Shown: positions 1 through 14,363, counted from the whole stretch's first letter. The stretch is DNA of 63,838 nt, filler included, from Bigelowiella natans CCMP2755 (GCA_000320545.1; 6 parts of 6 records of this genome joined end to end with filler, not necessarily neighbours in it); one strand, 5' to 3'. Notes: a model not told the origin generated them from the sequence alone. Program-made: numbers and translations.

Positions 1-263
1 AACCAAAACCTTTTTTTAGCCGAAAAAGTACGCATTCCCCTTTTTTCATAAGGGCCAACCCCACACATTTTTTACTCATCTTCAGGATTGGTGATGAAGC
101 ACATGAAGGCCCAGGGAGGCGCCATCAACCCCAGAAGGGTTAAAGGGTTATTTTCCCGAACTCCCTTTTCCGGGTAAACCACCCTTGGGTGAGCTTGCGG
201 CGCGGGGGTAGATTGAAATAGTGAATTTCCCCCCCCCCTTCCCCCCCCCCCCCCCCCCCAATA

Positions 264-797
264 GGTTTTGTGGAGTTTGTACAAGGAGTCTCGGAGACGA
301 GGAGGAATAGGTGAGCATGGCGCCATTTCTTTCTATGTGCGATTGATTGAAGGCACGAGTCTTTTTTTCATGATGACCACGACGATGACGATGATGATGA
401 TGATGATGGTGATGGTGATGGTGATGATGGTGATGATGTGGAGAAGGAGGAGGGGAGGGGAGGAGGAGAGGTTCTCCGTCTGGTTGGACAAAAGCCATTA
501 TGGACACAAAGATAGAACATTATTGATATATTAAGATTATCGTGACATTAATTTTATGTGCTGGAGAATGTGTGTGTGTGCGTGTGAATATGCCTGAATA
601 TGCATAAGCGTCGTTTCTCCGTGCATATAAGAGATGACAACAGAGGCTTGTTTATGTTTGTGATGAATGCAGGCTGTTCGCTCTTCTGGCATCGTTCGGG
701 TAGGTTACGATGTTGATGTGCTTGTTTTTCTGTGTGTGTGTGCGTGTGTGCGTGTGTGTGTGTGTGTGTTTGTTCTATGAATTTTTATCTTTCTCTC

Positions 798-874
<77 letters not shown>

Positions 875-1247
875 AATGTATGCGTGCTTACACGTGGGGT
901 TGTTCGCCATCACATGCACACAAATGCTGTTACTTCACGCATCATTGTACCAGACTCGTGTTTGCGGTGCGGAAGGCCACGTCAGGTCAATAGCACGCTG
1001 CTCGAATTTAACAAAAGAACCAAACTATAAGCAGTTGCTCTCAAATCAAGAATACATCGGGCGAATATCCATTCACGCGCACAGCGCACAGCACTGCATG
1101 CATATGTATGCATGCATGCGTACACGCTCATTCATATTTTCATTCAAATATTTCCTCTTTGATTTGCAGGAGAGGGTGTCAATGCGCTCCGCTGGTCAGA
1201 TCAGGTGGATTTACAAGATTAGTCGTAAAATATGTACAAGCATGTAT

Positions 1248-1291
<44 letters not shown>

Positions 1292-1918
1292 TACATTAAT
1301 AGTTGTACGATATGTAATATAGGAACATTCACTCTTGAGACCTTGCTCCCCAGATCGATCATCACCATGAAGATGATGGCAATGATGATGATGATGAGGA
1401 TGAGGATGATGATGATGGTGATGATGATAATTTGACAGATTGTAGATGCCGACGCCCGTGAATTGTACGGCATAAGAGAGCAAAACAGTGGCCCCTTTGG
1501 GAAAGGAGGGGTAGGAACAGCAATAGTAGTGGTAGTAATAGTAGTAATAGTAGTAGTAGTAGTAGTAACAGTACAAGTCCCAGCAGTAGTATAACAGTAG
1601 TAAGTAGTAGTAGTGCGAGTTGTAGTCGTTGTAGGTTCTAACAAATCGTACAGCGCACACACCCAAATCAATCCCGTACTAGTTATCCTAAAGATATGCG
1701 TTTTATATGAAATTCTTGTATTTGAACTATGATCTCCCCCCCCCCCCTCCCCCAACCCCTCCTTCCTTTTCCATAACGATGCGCGCGCGNNNNNNNNNNN
1801 NNNNNNNNNNNNNNNNNNNNNNNNNNNNNNNNNTTAATTAATTAANNNNNNNNNNNNNNNNNNNNNNNNNNNNNNNNNNNNNNNNNNNNGAGAGTGCTGT
1901 AGGAGATACAGAGCTCTC

Positions 1919-1949
<31 letters not shown>

Positions 1950-2234
1950 CTTAAGATTCCTTGTTGTATATTCTAATAATTCGCCATACTTACTACTACA
2001 ACCACTACTACTACTACTACTACTACTACTTCTGTTATGATACTCCAAACACGATAAGGAATTGAAATGGACGACGCATGAGCAGCAGCCTGAGTCCGCC
2101 TTCAATCGGTACATATGGGCGGTAATACACAATCTTCCCACCCTTTTTGTAAGAAGTATATTAATAAACATATGTGCGTTAAGGTGCGTTAAGGTCTCCT
2201 GCCCACTCCCCCCCCCCCCCCCTCTCTCTCTCTC

Positions 2235-2273
<39 letters not shown>

Positions 2274-2572
2274 TGCACAAGTGGAAGATAATCTATGATA
2301 TTAACGACACTGAACACTTTTTGCAGAGTAGCGTGATATGCACGAGGGGCTACCACAATAAGGACAAGGGTTGGTGATGACGACATCAACATCAATGATT
2401 GTATTATAGCGGCGGTGATGATGGTGATGAGGATGGTGATGGTGATGATGTTAAACATTGGGAGTACTGACAGGGATTATGGCAATGATAATGATAGTGA
2501 TGATAAAACAGGGCCGTATCTGATTCCTCTCATCGACCAGTTCAACCACGATCAAATTAACTTCTGCACTAG

Positions 2573-2613
<41 letters not shown>

Positions 2614-3119
2614 TGTTTGTGTGCATTGGATGATGACCATTCAGCTTCGTTCGTCATGCCCATCCTCCGTATTGTCTGCTTGCTCCTCCTCCTCTTCCTT
2701 TTTCCTCGTTTCTTCCGTGAACATCATTACTCATCGGTAGATTGAAATGTGCGGAGGGAGTGTTCCTCCAGATAGCCGATAAAGCAATCCAGGAAGGCCA
2801 ACAAATATGCACAACGTGATGATGATGATGATGATGATGATGATGTTGATGATGTTGATGATGTTGATGATGATGATAGCGACAACGCGAACAGCAGCAG
2901 CAATGGCTAGTAGCTGAGAAAATGACTAGGCATCACTCCCACTACATATATATATACAATATTAAATTTGGTGCCTCCCCCCATAACATGCGAGAAGAAG
3001 CGTGAGAATGCTGATTCAATGTACGTACAACGACGGTGATGAGCAGGTATGGGCAGTTCAGCAGCTTGCAGCTACTTCACACCTATGGGTTCGTTGACGA
3101 TGCCCCGAGTAAGAACAGG

Positions 3120-3163
<44 letters not shown>

Positions 3164-3862
3164 CAAACGCCTGTGCATAATGAAACAGCTGTTAAATTGT
3201 GTGGTTGTAATATATGTCGATGATGACGAGACGACAACGATGATGATGATGATGATGATGATGATGATAAACGATAATAATCCAGGCGAGAATGGCAGCA
3301 ATTTCGTCAGTCTCTCCGCTGAACAGGTTGTGATGATGACGATGATGAGAATAGCCTCCATCTGGATCGCTGCGACTTCCCCCATTATCACCTATCCTCA
3401 CGGGGAGGCTCGTGGTGGATACGTGAGCTCACCGACGACGACGATCATGATGATGATAATGATGATGATAAGGAGGAGGAGGTGTGATGATGCACACTGC
3501 GAGCGTCAGTCACATCATCACTATTAATATTCAATAAAACAACAACACAGATCTTGATACCGTGCATCGACATGCTATGCGAAGACGAGGACATGGTAGA
3601 GTACAGAAGTAGATAAGTAGTGTAGTAGCAGCAGCAGCTGCTGCAGTGATATCAGCCCCGCATACACGCCATCATTTCTTCAAGGTCCCCGAAGCCATCG
3701 CTGACGTAAGGAAACGGCTCCAGCGACTTCAGGTACGAGTACTCCTCTCAGGAATTCCAGGGGGGAAAGTCATATCTCACCCGAAAGAACACCGGAACAA
3801 AATGGGATATGATTGTGACGCAATTTTACCGCACGATCAACTGACCAAAATGCACGATGGAT

Positions 3863-3902
<40 letters not shown>

Positions 3903-4451
3903 TTCATATCGACATGCATGTGGGTGTAGTTGCATCCTTGAAATAAGAGGGCATATGCTTATGCTGGGATGCCTGAGATGATGCACGTTATCATATGTCT
4001 AACCCTCGATCAACCAATTGCACGACGTGAAGCTCCTTCGTGGCGAGTTCCGTCTAACAAAGGTATTTGCACTGCACACAAGCTACGCACGCATGCAAGC
4101 TCACACTCTCACACGCACACGCTCAATGCAGGCCAAGCCCGTTGTCCCTCTCGATCTGCTCGAGCACCTTACACTCTGCTTCCTACAGGATGGGTGAGTG
4201 CGAGAACGAGATAGAAGAAGATGATGAAGAAGAAGAAGGAGCGTCTAAAGCCCCCCCCCACCAACAACAACATCCGAGGTTGCCAACAATGATGAGGAGA
4301 TTTTTAGGTTGGGAAAAGATGACTATGGTTGAAAGGTTGGTTTTTATTTGTTGAATTTTCAGGGAGTAGGAGGATTTGGTGAATTTAATGCGGAGGACTT
4401 GTTGGTGGCCATAAGCATCGGTATTTTTTCCATAATGGTCACCCCCGTTCC

Positions 4452-4488
<37 letters not shown>

Positions 4489-4904
4489 GCCCCCTCAAGG
4501 TAAAATGAAAGGGTTTTCCAAAATTTTATAATCATCCCCGTCATGGTGGCCGTTGTGGTAATCTCTATCATCATCATCATCATCAACAACAACAATAACA
4601 ACCCCAAGCATCCCTTCCCTACTAGGGGGGTTATTATGACTTAGGACAGCTTACTCGTAAGGGCTTTTATCTGCGGTTTAGGGGGGATTAATCAGTAGGG
4701 AGACAGCGCCTCAATGAGTTCCTCCATAGCACCTATGCAGAAGGGGAATGAGGGCGATTATGCCGAATATGAGGACGATAAAGATGATGACGATGATGAT
4801 GATGATAATGATGAATATTTGGGTCCCTGATAAACCAATAATTTGGGGGGGTATCCCGTTGGTACCCCCCCCCCCCCCCCTCTCTCTCTCTCTCTTCTCT
4901 CTCT

Positions 4905-4935
<31 letters not shown>

Positions 4936-5279
4936 AGTGTGTGAGTGATCATTTATATCTCAACGTTAATTCTTTCCAAGTGAAAAAGCAATAAAACATA
5001 TTTGAGAGAAGATGCAAGAATTGACGTGTAACCTCGATTTGTTGCTGCACGCAGGCGTTTATAGCGTGATCTTGGAGGCCATAGAAGCTCGGCTGCAGAG
5101 CTATAGCGGAGCAACGGGGACAGCAGTGCGATCTTCTTCTGCAGCAAATGGTGGTGGTGGTGATGATGATGATGGCGGAGCTGCATTTAGGAGCACTTCT
5201 ATCGATGCTGCTGATGATCTGCAACAAACTACACCTTCGTCCTCCGATGCCGCATTCATTCAAAAGCAGATATCGAAGG

Positions 5280-5314
<35 letters not shown>

Positions 5315-5488
5315 TTCCGAGCTGCCACCGTGAGACTAAAAATTCAAGCGAGTCAACTTTATGATGGAAAAGGGATCGATAGATCCCTGTCATTATTCCG
5401 TATCTTTTTTCCAACTTTAATCGGTGCATACTCTTCACTCCATGCTGCAACTGGATGTCGCCGCTACAGCGCATTCCTTCCACCCTAG
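264..5488 (+). CDS. SET-domain protein-lysine methyltransferase (Rubisco-LSMT/SETD6-like), multi-exon, spans first assembly gap, 5' end uncertain
   Basis: Spliced exons read SSVICTRGYHNKDK (~2327), GPYLIPLIDQFNHD (~2512; SET LxPxxDxxNH motif), IADKAIQEGQQICTT (~2770), YGQFSSLQLLHTYGFVD (~3047; YG..LL..YGF motif) and ILEAIEARLQSYSG (~5070; LSMT substrate-binding-like). Exons before the gap at 1790 are assigned tentatively. Confidence 0.75.
1790..1889. other. Assembly spacer (N44-TTAATTAATTAA-N44)
   Basis: Identical 100-nt spacers also at 28913-29012, 31541-31640, 38025-38124 and 48149-48248; the 12-mer gives stops in all six frames. Confidence 0.97.
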
Positions 5489-6948
5489 TCCCCCCTCCTC
5501 ATTTCCTCCTTTGCGGGCTATCTCCCTTTCACTCTCATCATACGCTGTGCGTAATAATTCTGCAAAATCATTTGAATTAATTGCTCCTCGATTCCCCCTG
5601 TATTCTGTTGTAGTTGGTGGATTGCGAGAAAGCCATTCTACGTCTTGCAAGGGATGAGATGGTAAATATTGGGGTCATAAGGCTGTGCATGTCCATCATT
5701 GCCCTTCCTGGATGTTGTCGAATGAGTGAGTAACGTGTTGCTGCTTGCTTATATTGACGTGCTTTGTAGGTGACACAAATGCGCAACAACCTGCTTTCGT
5801 CGGCTTCATCTATGTCGTTACAACAATAGCAGGGTTTGATCGATGTGACGGCAGTAGCGCTGGAATAAACTGAATTGAACACTGGCACGTTTAGATGTGA
5901 GATGAGTAAATTGCATTGCTGCTACACTGTTTCTGGAATTGATCGAGGGTTCAAATTTAAATGAAACAGCGTTGTCTAGTCACTGTAGGCAGTTTACGGA
6001 TTTGCGAATTGAATATCCACGCTAGCTCATATCGCGCTACAAAAGCTAGTCATATGCTGCACATGTGCAACACCTTGTGCTACATGCGATTGCAGTACTT
6101 AGCATGACAATCTAGCCAGTTAGTCTAGCTTGCGAGCAACGCTAGAATGTCTAGAATGTTGCTCAGGAGAAACTATGATGAGAACTCTAGATCTAGCTAG
6201 CGAGACTAGACGAGGCACACACACATTCAAGACCGACAACATGTATACATGCATTTGATTGCGCATGAAACAAATCATTCTAGCATTGCATGAAACACGT
6301 CATATAGTGGTATACGGAGACCAGCGTAGCAGATTCAACATTAGCGCTGTCTGCTGTAGCCGCTGCATTGCTAGCGATCTAGAGATTGCACAGAGGTATA
6401 CTACATGAGGATGCCCATTGAATAACAAATTCAATTTGATTCATTACATCCGTGTCACATGTGCGCACGCAGCGATGACGATGATGATGATATTGATGAT
6501 GGCCGTTAGGTATAAATACGAGAAGCATGACGACGCGGATTTCTGCTAGCTTTCCTGATTCGATCTATAGCTAGCTAGGCTTTCTAACTTATAGATTGCA
6601 TGCTGTACGCTACGATACGAATTATGGGTGTCGTACGTATGACTAGCTAGAGTTTGTACGTGGCTAGCGATATAGCTACGTTCTGGGACAGCATGCACCC
6701 GAACGACGTACTTCTAGCCATGCATTTCTTACATCATTTGCATTTCCAAAACATTCCATACTTCGTATTCACGATTCATTCCTTCTATTCGTTATACAAT
6801 AATTCGCACACACCACCATTTGGATTACTCTAGATATAGATCTTCGTGGAGGTCTTATTTAAAAACAATTCATTAATCCAAACTCTCCCCTCTGTTGTAA
6901 ATGTGGACACGGATTTAACTGCAATCGAATGGGCAGCCTGCCAATCAT

Positions 6949-8118
6949 TTAAGAATCCTCATCGTCCAATTTTTTAACTTTTAAAGTTGCTTGTCTGTCA
7001 ACGTTCATCTCACGGTCGTCAGTAGTCTTTTCCTTAAACATCAGCCAGGAATTCCAAACGAAAGCCACGCAAGCGATACAGATTCCAACTGAACTTAGTA
7101 CGTTTAGTCTCTGGTGGAAGAACAAGAACGAGACTCCGAGGATCAGGACAGTCTTGAAGCTTCCTGCTATGGAGGAGTACACGGACGAGGTATTCTGGAT
7201 GAAACTGAGGAGGATCAGGTTGTAAGCGAAAGCAATTGCGCCCCCGGCGACGGTGAGGCCGAAGACTGACATGGCTCCCTGCTCTTCCACGTGTGTTTGG
7301 AGTTGGCGGTGTTCCCCGAGGATAAAGAGCAGGGGTAATAAAAGAAGAGAGTTTATGATAGAGGTGTGGTAGATGATGCTGAGGGGATCCAATTTGACGA
7401 TCTTAAGCACAGAGACCAAGACCGTCTGAACTGCATTACCAAAAACCGAGCCGAAGCAAATCACGGTTCCGAGGAATTCTAGATCAGGGGAGGTTGAGAT
7501 AGAAAGCGTCACACCGAACACAAGGCAAAAAATCGCGGTACCTCCCGAGAAGGAAGGCACCTTGTCCTCGATCAGATATGCGAAGAGAGCCACCGCCACA
7601 GGGCAGAAGCTCCGGATGAGCTGGTTCAAGGCTAGGGTCGTGTAGAGTAGGCTCAGATTGTTGAGAGCGATGTTTCCCACAAAAAAAAGTGGAATAAGGA
7701 ACAGTTTTAGACGGGAGCTATTCTCCTCTACTCTGCTGATTCGGACCCAAGGAGACAATGACCAGCAGCAGATGAAGCATATAATTTGGTGCGTCATCGT
7801 CACGTATATGGGGGTCTTTAGAGGACCATTAAAGAGCCATTTGTTGTAGACACTAATGCAGACATTTACCCCGTAAAATAATGCTAGCAGAGTGGCACTC
7901 TTGATGATCTCAGATCGAGAGCCTGCACGAACAGGCACTGCTACAGCATGTGTGTATCCCTTATTTGGGGACGCCACAGTCTCAGCGATAACAATCCTGC
8001 TTTCAGATTGGAGGAAGGGGACATCTTCCTCCACATCGCTATCCTCATAAGCTCCTGCACGACGCTCGTGCTGCAATGCAGCACTCTCGTCTCGCCCCTG
8101 GCCTGGCGGGTTCACCAT
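6949..8118 (-). CDS. Triose-phosphate transporter / nucleotide-sugar transporter family (DMT superfamily, SLC35E-like), single exon, 389 aa
   Basis: Uninterrupted ORF with about 10 hydrophobic segments and family motifs SVYNKWLF, TMTHQ, IALNNLSLLY, NQLIRSFCP, TSSVYSSIAGSFKT. Confidence 0.88.
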   Translation of the reverse strand: MVNPPGQGRDESAALQHERRAGAYEDSDVEEDVPFLQSESRIVIAETVASPNKGYTHAVAVPVRAGSRSEIIKSATLLALFYGVNVCISVYNKWLFNGPLKTPIYVTMTHQIICFICCWSLSPWVRISRVEENSSRLKLFLIPLFFVGNIALNNLSLLYTTLALNQLIRSFCPVAVALFAYLIEDKVPSFSGGTAIFCLVFGVTLSISTSPDLEFLGTVICFGSVFGNAVQTVLVSVLKIVKLDPLSIIYHTSIINSLLLLPLLFILGEHRQLQTHVEEQGAMSVFGLTVAGGAIAFAYNLILLSFIQNTSSVYSSIAGSFKTVLILGVSFLFFHQRLNVLSSVGICIACVAFVWNSWLMFKEKTTDDREMNVDRQATLKVKKLDDEDS

Positions 8119-9177
8119 CGACTCGCCCGAATGACTTTGAGATTTCAGACTTAAGTTTTCAGCTTGTCTTTAATATCGGTAAAAAACAGCTTTTGTTAAT
8201 ATATGCGCGACATATTGCACTGCCTCATGATTCAAAAATTCGCAGCAGACGCATTGCTGCAGCCGGAAATGTGTCGGTCTGCCTGCAAGCGATGATGTCT
8301 CCCGTATCTTTCAGATTGGTGGATTACGCTTAATCGTAGCGACAAAGTATAAATACATGCGTCTTATAGAAAAGACATTATCCTGTACGGAATATATTCT
8401 AGTTTCTTCGGATATTTTCAAAACGAAGTGCTGCAAAGAAAGGCTTATATTCGTCGTATTGAAAATCTCGGATTTTTTTTAAATCTGACATCTGCATCCA
8501 ATTGGAATGCAAAATCTTAGTCCATTTATACAGTGAATCTCTTTATGCCGGTCAGTGCCAGAGATATGCATGTGGGAGTTTTTCTTGCAGTCCAACGATT
8601 AGACGACAACCAACGCCGAAACCTCAGAGCGAACGCTTACAGAATGGCTAAAAAGTCCCATGTGATTCATGAAAACGTCACGTTTTACTAGTCGAAATCC
8701 AATGGAAATGGTTTCTGTCGTCTCTTGAATTATTTTTCGGACATCGAAGTTTGCTTTTCTGAAATTGGTTCTTTTTGTATCGGTAACTGATGAAGAGTTG
8801 TTGTGTGAAATGAACACATGTAGATCTAGATCTAGTTTCAGCTTCAACGACAACGAGAAAGTCCCGATTTCCCTCCGAGAAAATACCTGAAAAATCTCCT
8901 CGCATTTTTTTGCCAAACGCTCGCAACGGCAAGAAGAGTGTTGTTTGTGTAGCCTAGTATCTGTGTGCCAAAATAGAAAATAGGAATGCCATAATTCATA
9001 AACGACATCAAGATAGTCATTAAAAATTTTGTAAAAACGGGTTTTCGAATTAGCGGTGGGCTCAAACCCGATGCCTGACGATGGCCTGATAATTTACTCT
9101 CCCGTATCACCGTCCGATGGAGTGCCGCCTAATGCACGATAAGGCCTCGGGTTCACTTTAAGGGCTGATTGAGGAAA

Positions 9178-11761
9178 ATGATTACTCCCCCAGCAAAGAA
9201 GCTGGTTCTGAGGCGAAAGAAACTCAACAGCAAGCAAATCTCACGAGTGGTACCAAACTCGAAGCAAGAAGAATAAGTGTCTTGAGCTTGTACTACGTCG
9301 GCAACAACAACAACGACAACGACAACAAAATAGGAAAATAGAACTTTACAACATATTTAAACGTCCAACAAAAGGGTTGGCTAGTGTATTTGCACCCTTC
9401 CTTAGCAGAATTGGTTAATGTTCACCATTTTTTTAACAAGTAGTAATACGATGAATGCAGGTATCGAAAAAAGAGCGGGACTTCTGCAATGGAGTCAATG
9501 ATTTAGATGCATCTGAAAACAAGCTAACAACGCTCGGATTTCTGAGAAACTTCCCCGGGTTGCAGCAGCTCAATCTTTCACATAACGACATAGGTCGGAG
9601 ATTCGTCCGTGCAAGAATTTCACGTAAAATGCGTGCAAATGCACTTATGCATCGTTGTTCTCGTTACAGGTAGCCTGGAATCTCGATGCATGTCTCCGTC
9701 TCTGCAGAAGATCGACTTGTCATACAACAAACTGACCAAAACGCTGGGAATAGGAGAGCTGTCGGGATTGCTGGAGCTTGACCTGAGCCACAATGATATT
9801 TTTGATATATCGTCGCTTGGAGAGTGCAAAAATCTGAGGAAATTAATTCTAACCTCAAACCGAATATCGACCATCAACGGGCTCTCGACTCTCAAAAAGC
9901 TTCGAACGTTAGACCCCCCTTCCTTCTAGAGCATATTAATACTTCCTTGCATAATTGCTCTCTCGGATTTCACTCGTGCTCACAATGCTGTGTGTCCTTA
10001 CATGACCAGGCTTCACATAAGCATGAATAAGATAGCTACTACGGCAGCTCTGCACCCGTTGGCACATAACATCGCTCTAACGCATCTCGAGCTGGAAGGG
10101 AATCCGGTGAGTAAGCCGGGAAACTATCGAATCTCCGTGTTCCACTTGCTGCCGCACATCCGGGTGCTCGACGGCAGCACAACCCCAGGTATTGGAATGC
10201 GGGCAATGTCGCAGCTCACGCAGTCGGCTAGGAAGCCTTCTCGCAAGAATCAGCAGGCAAAGCGGGTACCACGCAGTACCCACAAGAGCGGGAGAGGGGG
10301 TAGGGGGTCGGCGTTAGAACAGTCGCTCCTACGACAGATCGATATGGAGCAGCAGGCAAGCAAGACCCAGGCACACCAGTTCAAAGTCATTACCCACGAC
10401 TACCAACAGCACGAAAAGCGTTTGCTCGCGCAGAGCAGATCAAGGTCCTACACGCACCTTGTCAATCGGAATCCCCCTTCTTTCAAAGCAAATGACACAG
10501 AAGGAAGCGGAGCAGATACTAGCAAAAATCTTTACTCTTCTTCGTTGACCAACGGTCCGAATGCAGTGCAACGCAATCTGCGAGCTGAAATCGAGCTGCT
10601 CGACGAGAAGCTCCGTTCATTCACATGGCAGCAGCAGCAGCAGCAACAGCAAGCATCGCCACGGCCTCTATCATCATCACCCTCGAAGCAGCACCACCAG
10701 CAGCTGGACAATGTCTCTCCGAAGTCGAGTTCCACCGTCTCCAAAAAGGGTCGGCAGTTCTCCTTCTCTGAATCCCTGTCAATACGAGGCGGCGGGGGTG
10801 GCAGATCTCCAAAGATGGCAGCCGCCCAAGAACCCAACAATTTCTTTCCCCCACCCTCCTCGGCTTCGAGGCCCCGTTCCGGGCAGGCGCTTTCACCAGT
10901 GTTACCACCTCCACGCTCACCCAAGGAGCATGCGTTTGCTAGCACTATCAACGATCAGGCGTGGGACCTTATGAGGGCGATTGAGGAGGAATTGGAGGTC
11001 GAGTCGGTCGCAGCAGCAAACCTGGAAGATGACGACGATGACACCGCGACTCCTCATGCTGCCTCTCTTGCCGATAATAAGGGCGATCAATTAGAGCAGG
11101 GTACTATACAAGGTGCTGAAGCAAGGGAAGCTACGGATAGCAAGGTATTTGCGTTTTTGTTTCCTGCGAACCTCTGTCTCTCCATCATCCCTCACATGGA
11201 AATCGCAATGCATATGCGTGGTTTGAAGACGGGGCGCAGTTTGTTTGAGATTCCTTTCACAGTCAAATGTCCGTTGTTGCATTCATTGACGGTGATTTAA
11301 CTTCGGCGCTATGGAACGTAATACAGGCCATCCATCGGAGAGGCCCTGTCCTAGTGGAAGGAGTTGCAGCACCAATCAGCAAAAATGAGGGGAGGGGAAA
11401 GAAGAAGGCGGTGAAAGAGGAACCCGAAGATGATGACGACGATGAAGGATCACAGGTATTCAACGACAAGGATGAGACGTTAATGTTGGGACTGGCATAT
11501 GCGCTGGCAGACGGCGGCGAGGGGGAGGCCGTGGAGGAGAATGCACGGATGCTCTCTGTGAGGAAAAAGAACCTCGATAAGCTGATGCACAAGTTTCTGT
11601 GCCTCAAGGCGGAACGTAAGTTGAACAAGAATGTCCTTCGCAGGAGCTTCCTGGCCTGGCGTTTCGAAAAGCACGTGCATGATGGCAAGGTCGTCATTAC
11701 AACCATATACTTATTGCTGGTCTCGTTCGGTCTTTTTTCAATGTTCCGCCGCTAACTATCC

Positions 11762-11813
<52 letters not shown>

Positions 11814-11888
11814 AACTTGTTTCTGTAAAGCTGCGAGAGTCGCGATTACGTCGGCGGATCAGGACTGCAAGCACGCTATGGTGATATA

Positions 11889-11925
<37 letters not shown>

Positions 11926-14363
11926 GGCAGACGCTCTTTCTTTCAACACAAATTATTCACATGACACGAACGGACAGGTCGATAGGTGTGCGGTTCTGGC
12001 AGTGTGCAGCCTCCGGAATGCACTTCGCCGATTTTTTAAGAGAGATCGTCGCTGCTGCTGAGCAGCTGTTCAAGCCAGTAGAATACCAGGACGATGATGA
12101 AGATGATGATGATGATGATGATGCTACGAATACAGAGCGCCATATCACTCTGAGCACTAAGGTAGAATGCAGCAGTGGTAGGTCGGTAGGTAGGTAGGGA
12201 GTAAGAGCAGCACATCCCCATCTCTGGGGGCGCATCATGATCGCCACCGCCTTTTTATAAATACTCCTCTCATCATTTGCGTTATGTACCCCCCGCCCCA
12301 CCTTTTTTTCGCAGGTCGCACTATACCTAATAGACAGCGAGAAGGAGGACGAGCTGCTCCTCATCGGCGACGAAGGTCGCATCGAGCAGAGATTTCAAGA
12401 GAGCACAGCAGATCGGAGTCGTACCAGCATAGGCAGCAGCACTAGTGGTAATAGTAGCGATTGCGGTAGTAACGGCAGCATCGCTGGGTATGTGTGCAAG
12501 AACTTCAAGTCCATTCTTGCTCACGATATGACCGAGGTTCAGTACTTCAATGCCTCTATTGACTGCGGGGCGGATGTAAGGTCGTTGAGGAGGAGGAGGA
12601 GGAGGAGGATGGAGAGAATTTATACTTCGTGCGTGTGTGTGTGGGGGGGGGGGGGGTTGTTATTGAGTGACCAAGAGAGATCTGGAACGTAACCTCTTCA
12701 CTCATACACACCCTAGTGTCAAACACGCACGCACAGCAATGTTCTCCTTTTCCCCAGCTGCATTACTGAAAGAAGTTGTACAAAACGTAAGAGAGGCACA
12801 TTGTCGTCTTCTTGTGGAGAAAACACCATGCTCCCCTTTTCATCCCAAGCTAACGGTCGTTGTCGTTGCAGGTTTCTGAAAGACCGCACTCGCAAGCTGA
12901 AGCCACGCGTATTCTGTCTGCCTATCATGCGGCCGGGGGAAGGTGGCGAGGTAGAAGTAATGGGTGCTCTGCAGGGATACGGCCTGCACTACGAGCCTTT
13001 TGGTGAGGAGGATCAGAAACTACTCTCTGCCTTCGCTGCACAGGTCGCCGTCGGGCTCTCAGTCATCAACAGAATCAACCTCCTCACCCAGGACGTATCT
13101 TCTTTCGTCACCACGGCCCAGCACTTCGCCAGCAGCTCTCCACAGGGACTCGAGGCCGGCAGTGGCAGAATGGGTGGGGGAAAGGAGGCGGCGGCGGAGG
13201 AGGAGGAGGACCGCGGCGACAACCAGCTTATCCGCACCGCGAATAGGGAGGGAGAGCTAGAGGAAGAGAAGGAGGCCCGCACCGTCCCGTATCCGCGATC
13301 ATCTATATTCGATGGAGGTTCACAACACCACGGGTTTGAAGGCAGATTTCAGGACTTATCGACCATGGAGGAAAAAGAAAGAGATGTTATAGTGCGGCAG
13401 GCCCTGGTGAAAATCCACGAGGCAGCGGCCTGGAGGCATGAGTCGCGCACGAAGAATTTCGGTCGCATCGTGGCCCGGAGAGAGGGCGAGCTGCGCTTCG
13501 CGGCCCTGCGAGCGGTTGAAAAATGGAGACGAGTGTGTGCCGCCCATGACAACAAGATGCTGGCTGAAGCCAGGTGTGACTACCGCACCTGCCTCCAAAT
13601 GCTCATCGAGGAACGCAAGAAGACGCAGAGGCTCGAGCGACAAATCTCGAAACTGAAAGAGCAGCAGGAGCGAAAGCAGCCGCAGTTTACGACCGTGGCA
13701 GCAGCATCTGGGTACCGATCGATGGCATCATCACGACAGGAACAAGCAGGTGTGCTCTCCTCGCCCATATCAGCACCAGCAACCTCTCCCAGTGAAGTCA
13801 CGGTGATTGGGGGACCAGGTGGCGAGGTGGGGCTCGCAGGAGCTGGTACACCAGCAACCACTGTCAGTGCCAACGCCGCCAAAGTGAAGAAGAAATTCAG
13901 GCCGCTGCTTAACGACGGCTCGAGGAGATCGAAGGATGACCAGGTCGATGGAATCGACATTGTAGCCGCTTGCGAAAGCGCACTGGCAAAGGCGAGGAAG
14001 TCCGGTCTGGCCGTGGCTTCAAGGAGGAAAAAGAGCAATGTGCGACGGAGTCGTGCGAACAATAGGCATGAACTCGTGCAGCCGAGCAGCAGTGGTGAGG
14101 CATTGGTGCCCCCCTTTTCCGAGGGAAAGGGGTGTGAGCAGAAGAAAGGCTCGAAGTCGGTGCCCATTAACAATATGAGCAATGGTTTTCGTGACAACGC
14201 TAGTCCAGTAACAGCAAAAGGATCTGCGTCAGTAGCAGAAAAAAATTCAAAGCTCTCTGCCGCCCAAGACATGTTATCAACACTACAGAATGAGCTTCGA
14301 ATAGCGGAGCAGGACAAAATGAGTGTCGAAAAGTTGCAGCGGACGCTGATGAACGACGCGTAA
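9178..14363 (+). CDS. Large protein with N-terminal SDS22-like leucine-rich repeats, a central GAF domain and coiled-coil/low-complexity regions
   Basis: LRR exons LQQLNLSHNDI, LQKIDLSYNKL, LLELDLSHNDI, LRKLILTSNRI, LTHLELEGNPV and LRR cap YRISVFHLLPHIRVLDG. GAF motifs SIAGYVCKNFKSILAHD..YFNASID (~12480-12570) and FCLPIM..VMGALQ..PFGEEDQKLLSAFAAQVAVGL (~12910-13060). Stop at 14363. Confidence 0.75.

Noticed and set aside
1-262. Homopolymer-rich noisy sequence (similar at about 4210-4700)
   Set aside because: Looks like low-quality read ends next to poly-C tracts; no interpretable feature.
148-1755. Many poly-His, poly-Met, CVCV, LSLS and YIYI ORFs here and throughout the ORF track
   Set aside because: Translations of intronic microsatellites, not proteins.
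1790-1889. Recurring TTAATTAATTAA palindrome inside N-runs (five times)
   Set aside because: Artificial scaffolding spacer with stops in all frames. It is not biological, and adjacency across these gaps is not guaranteed.
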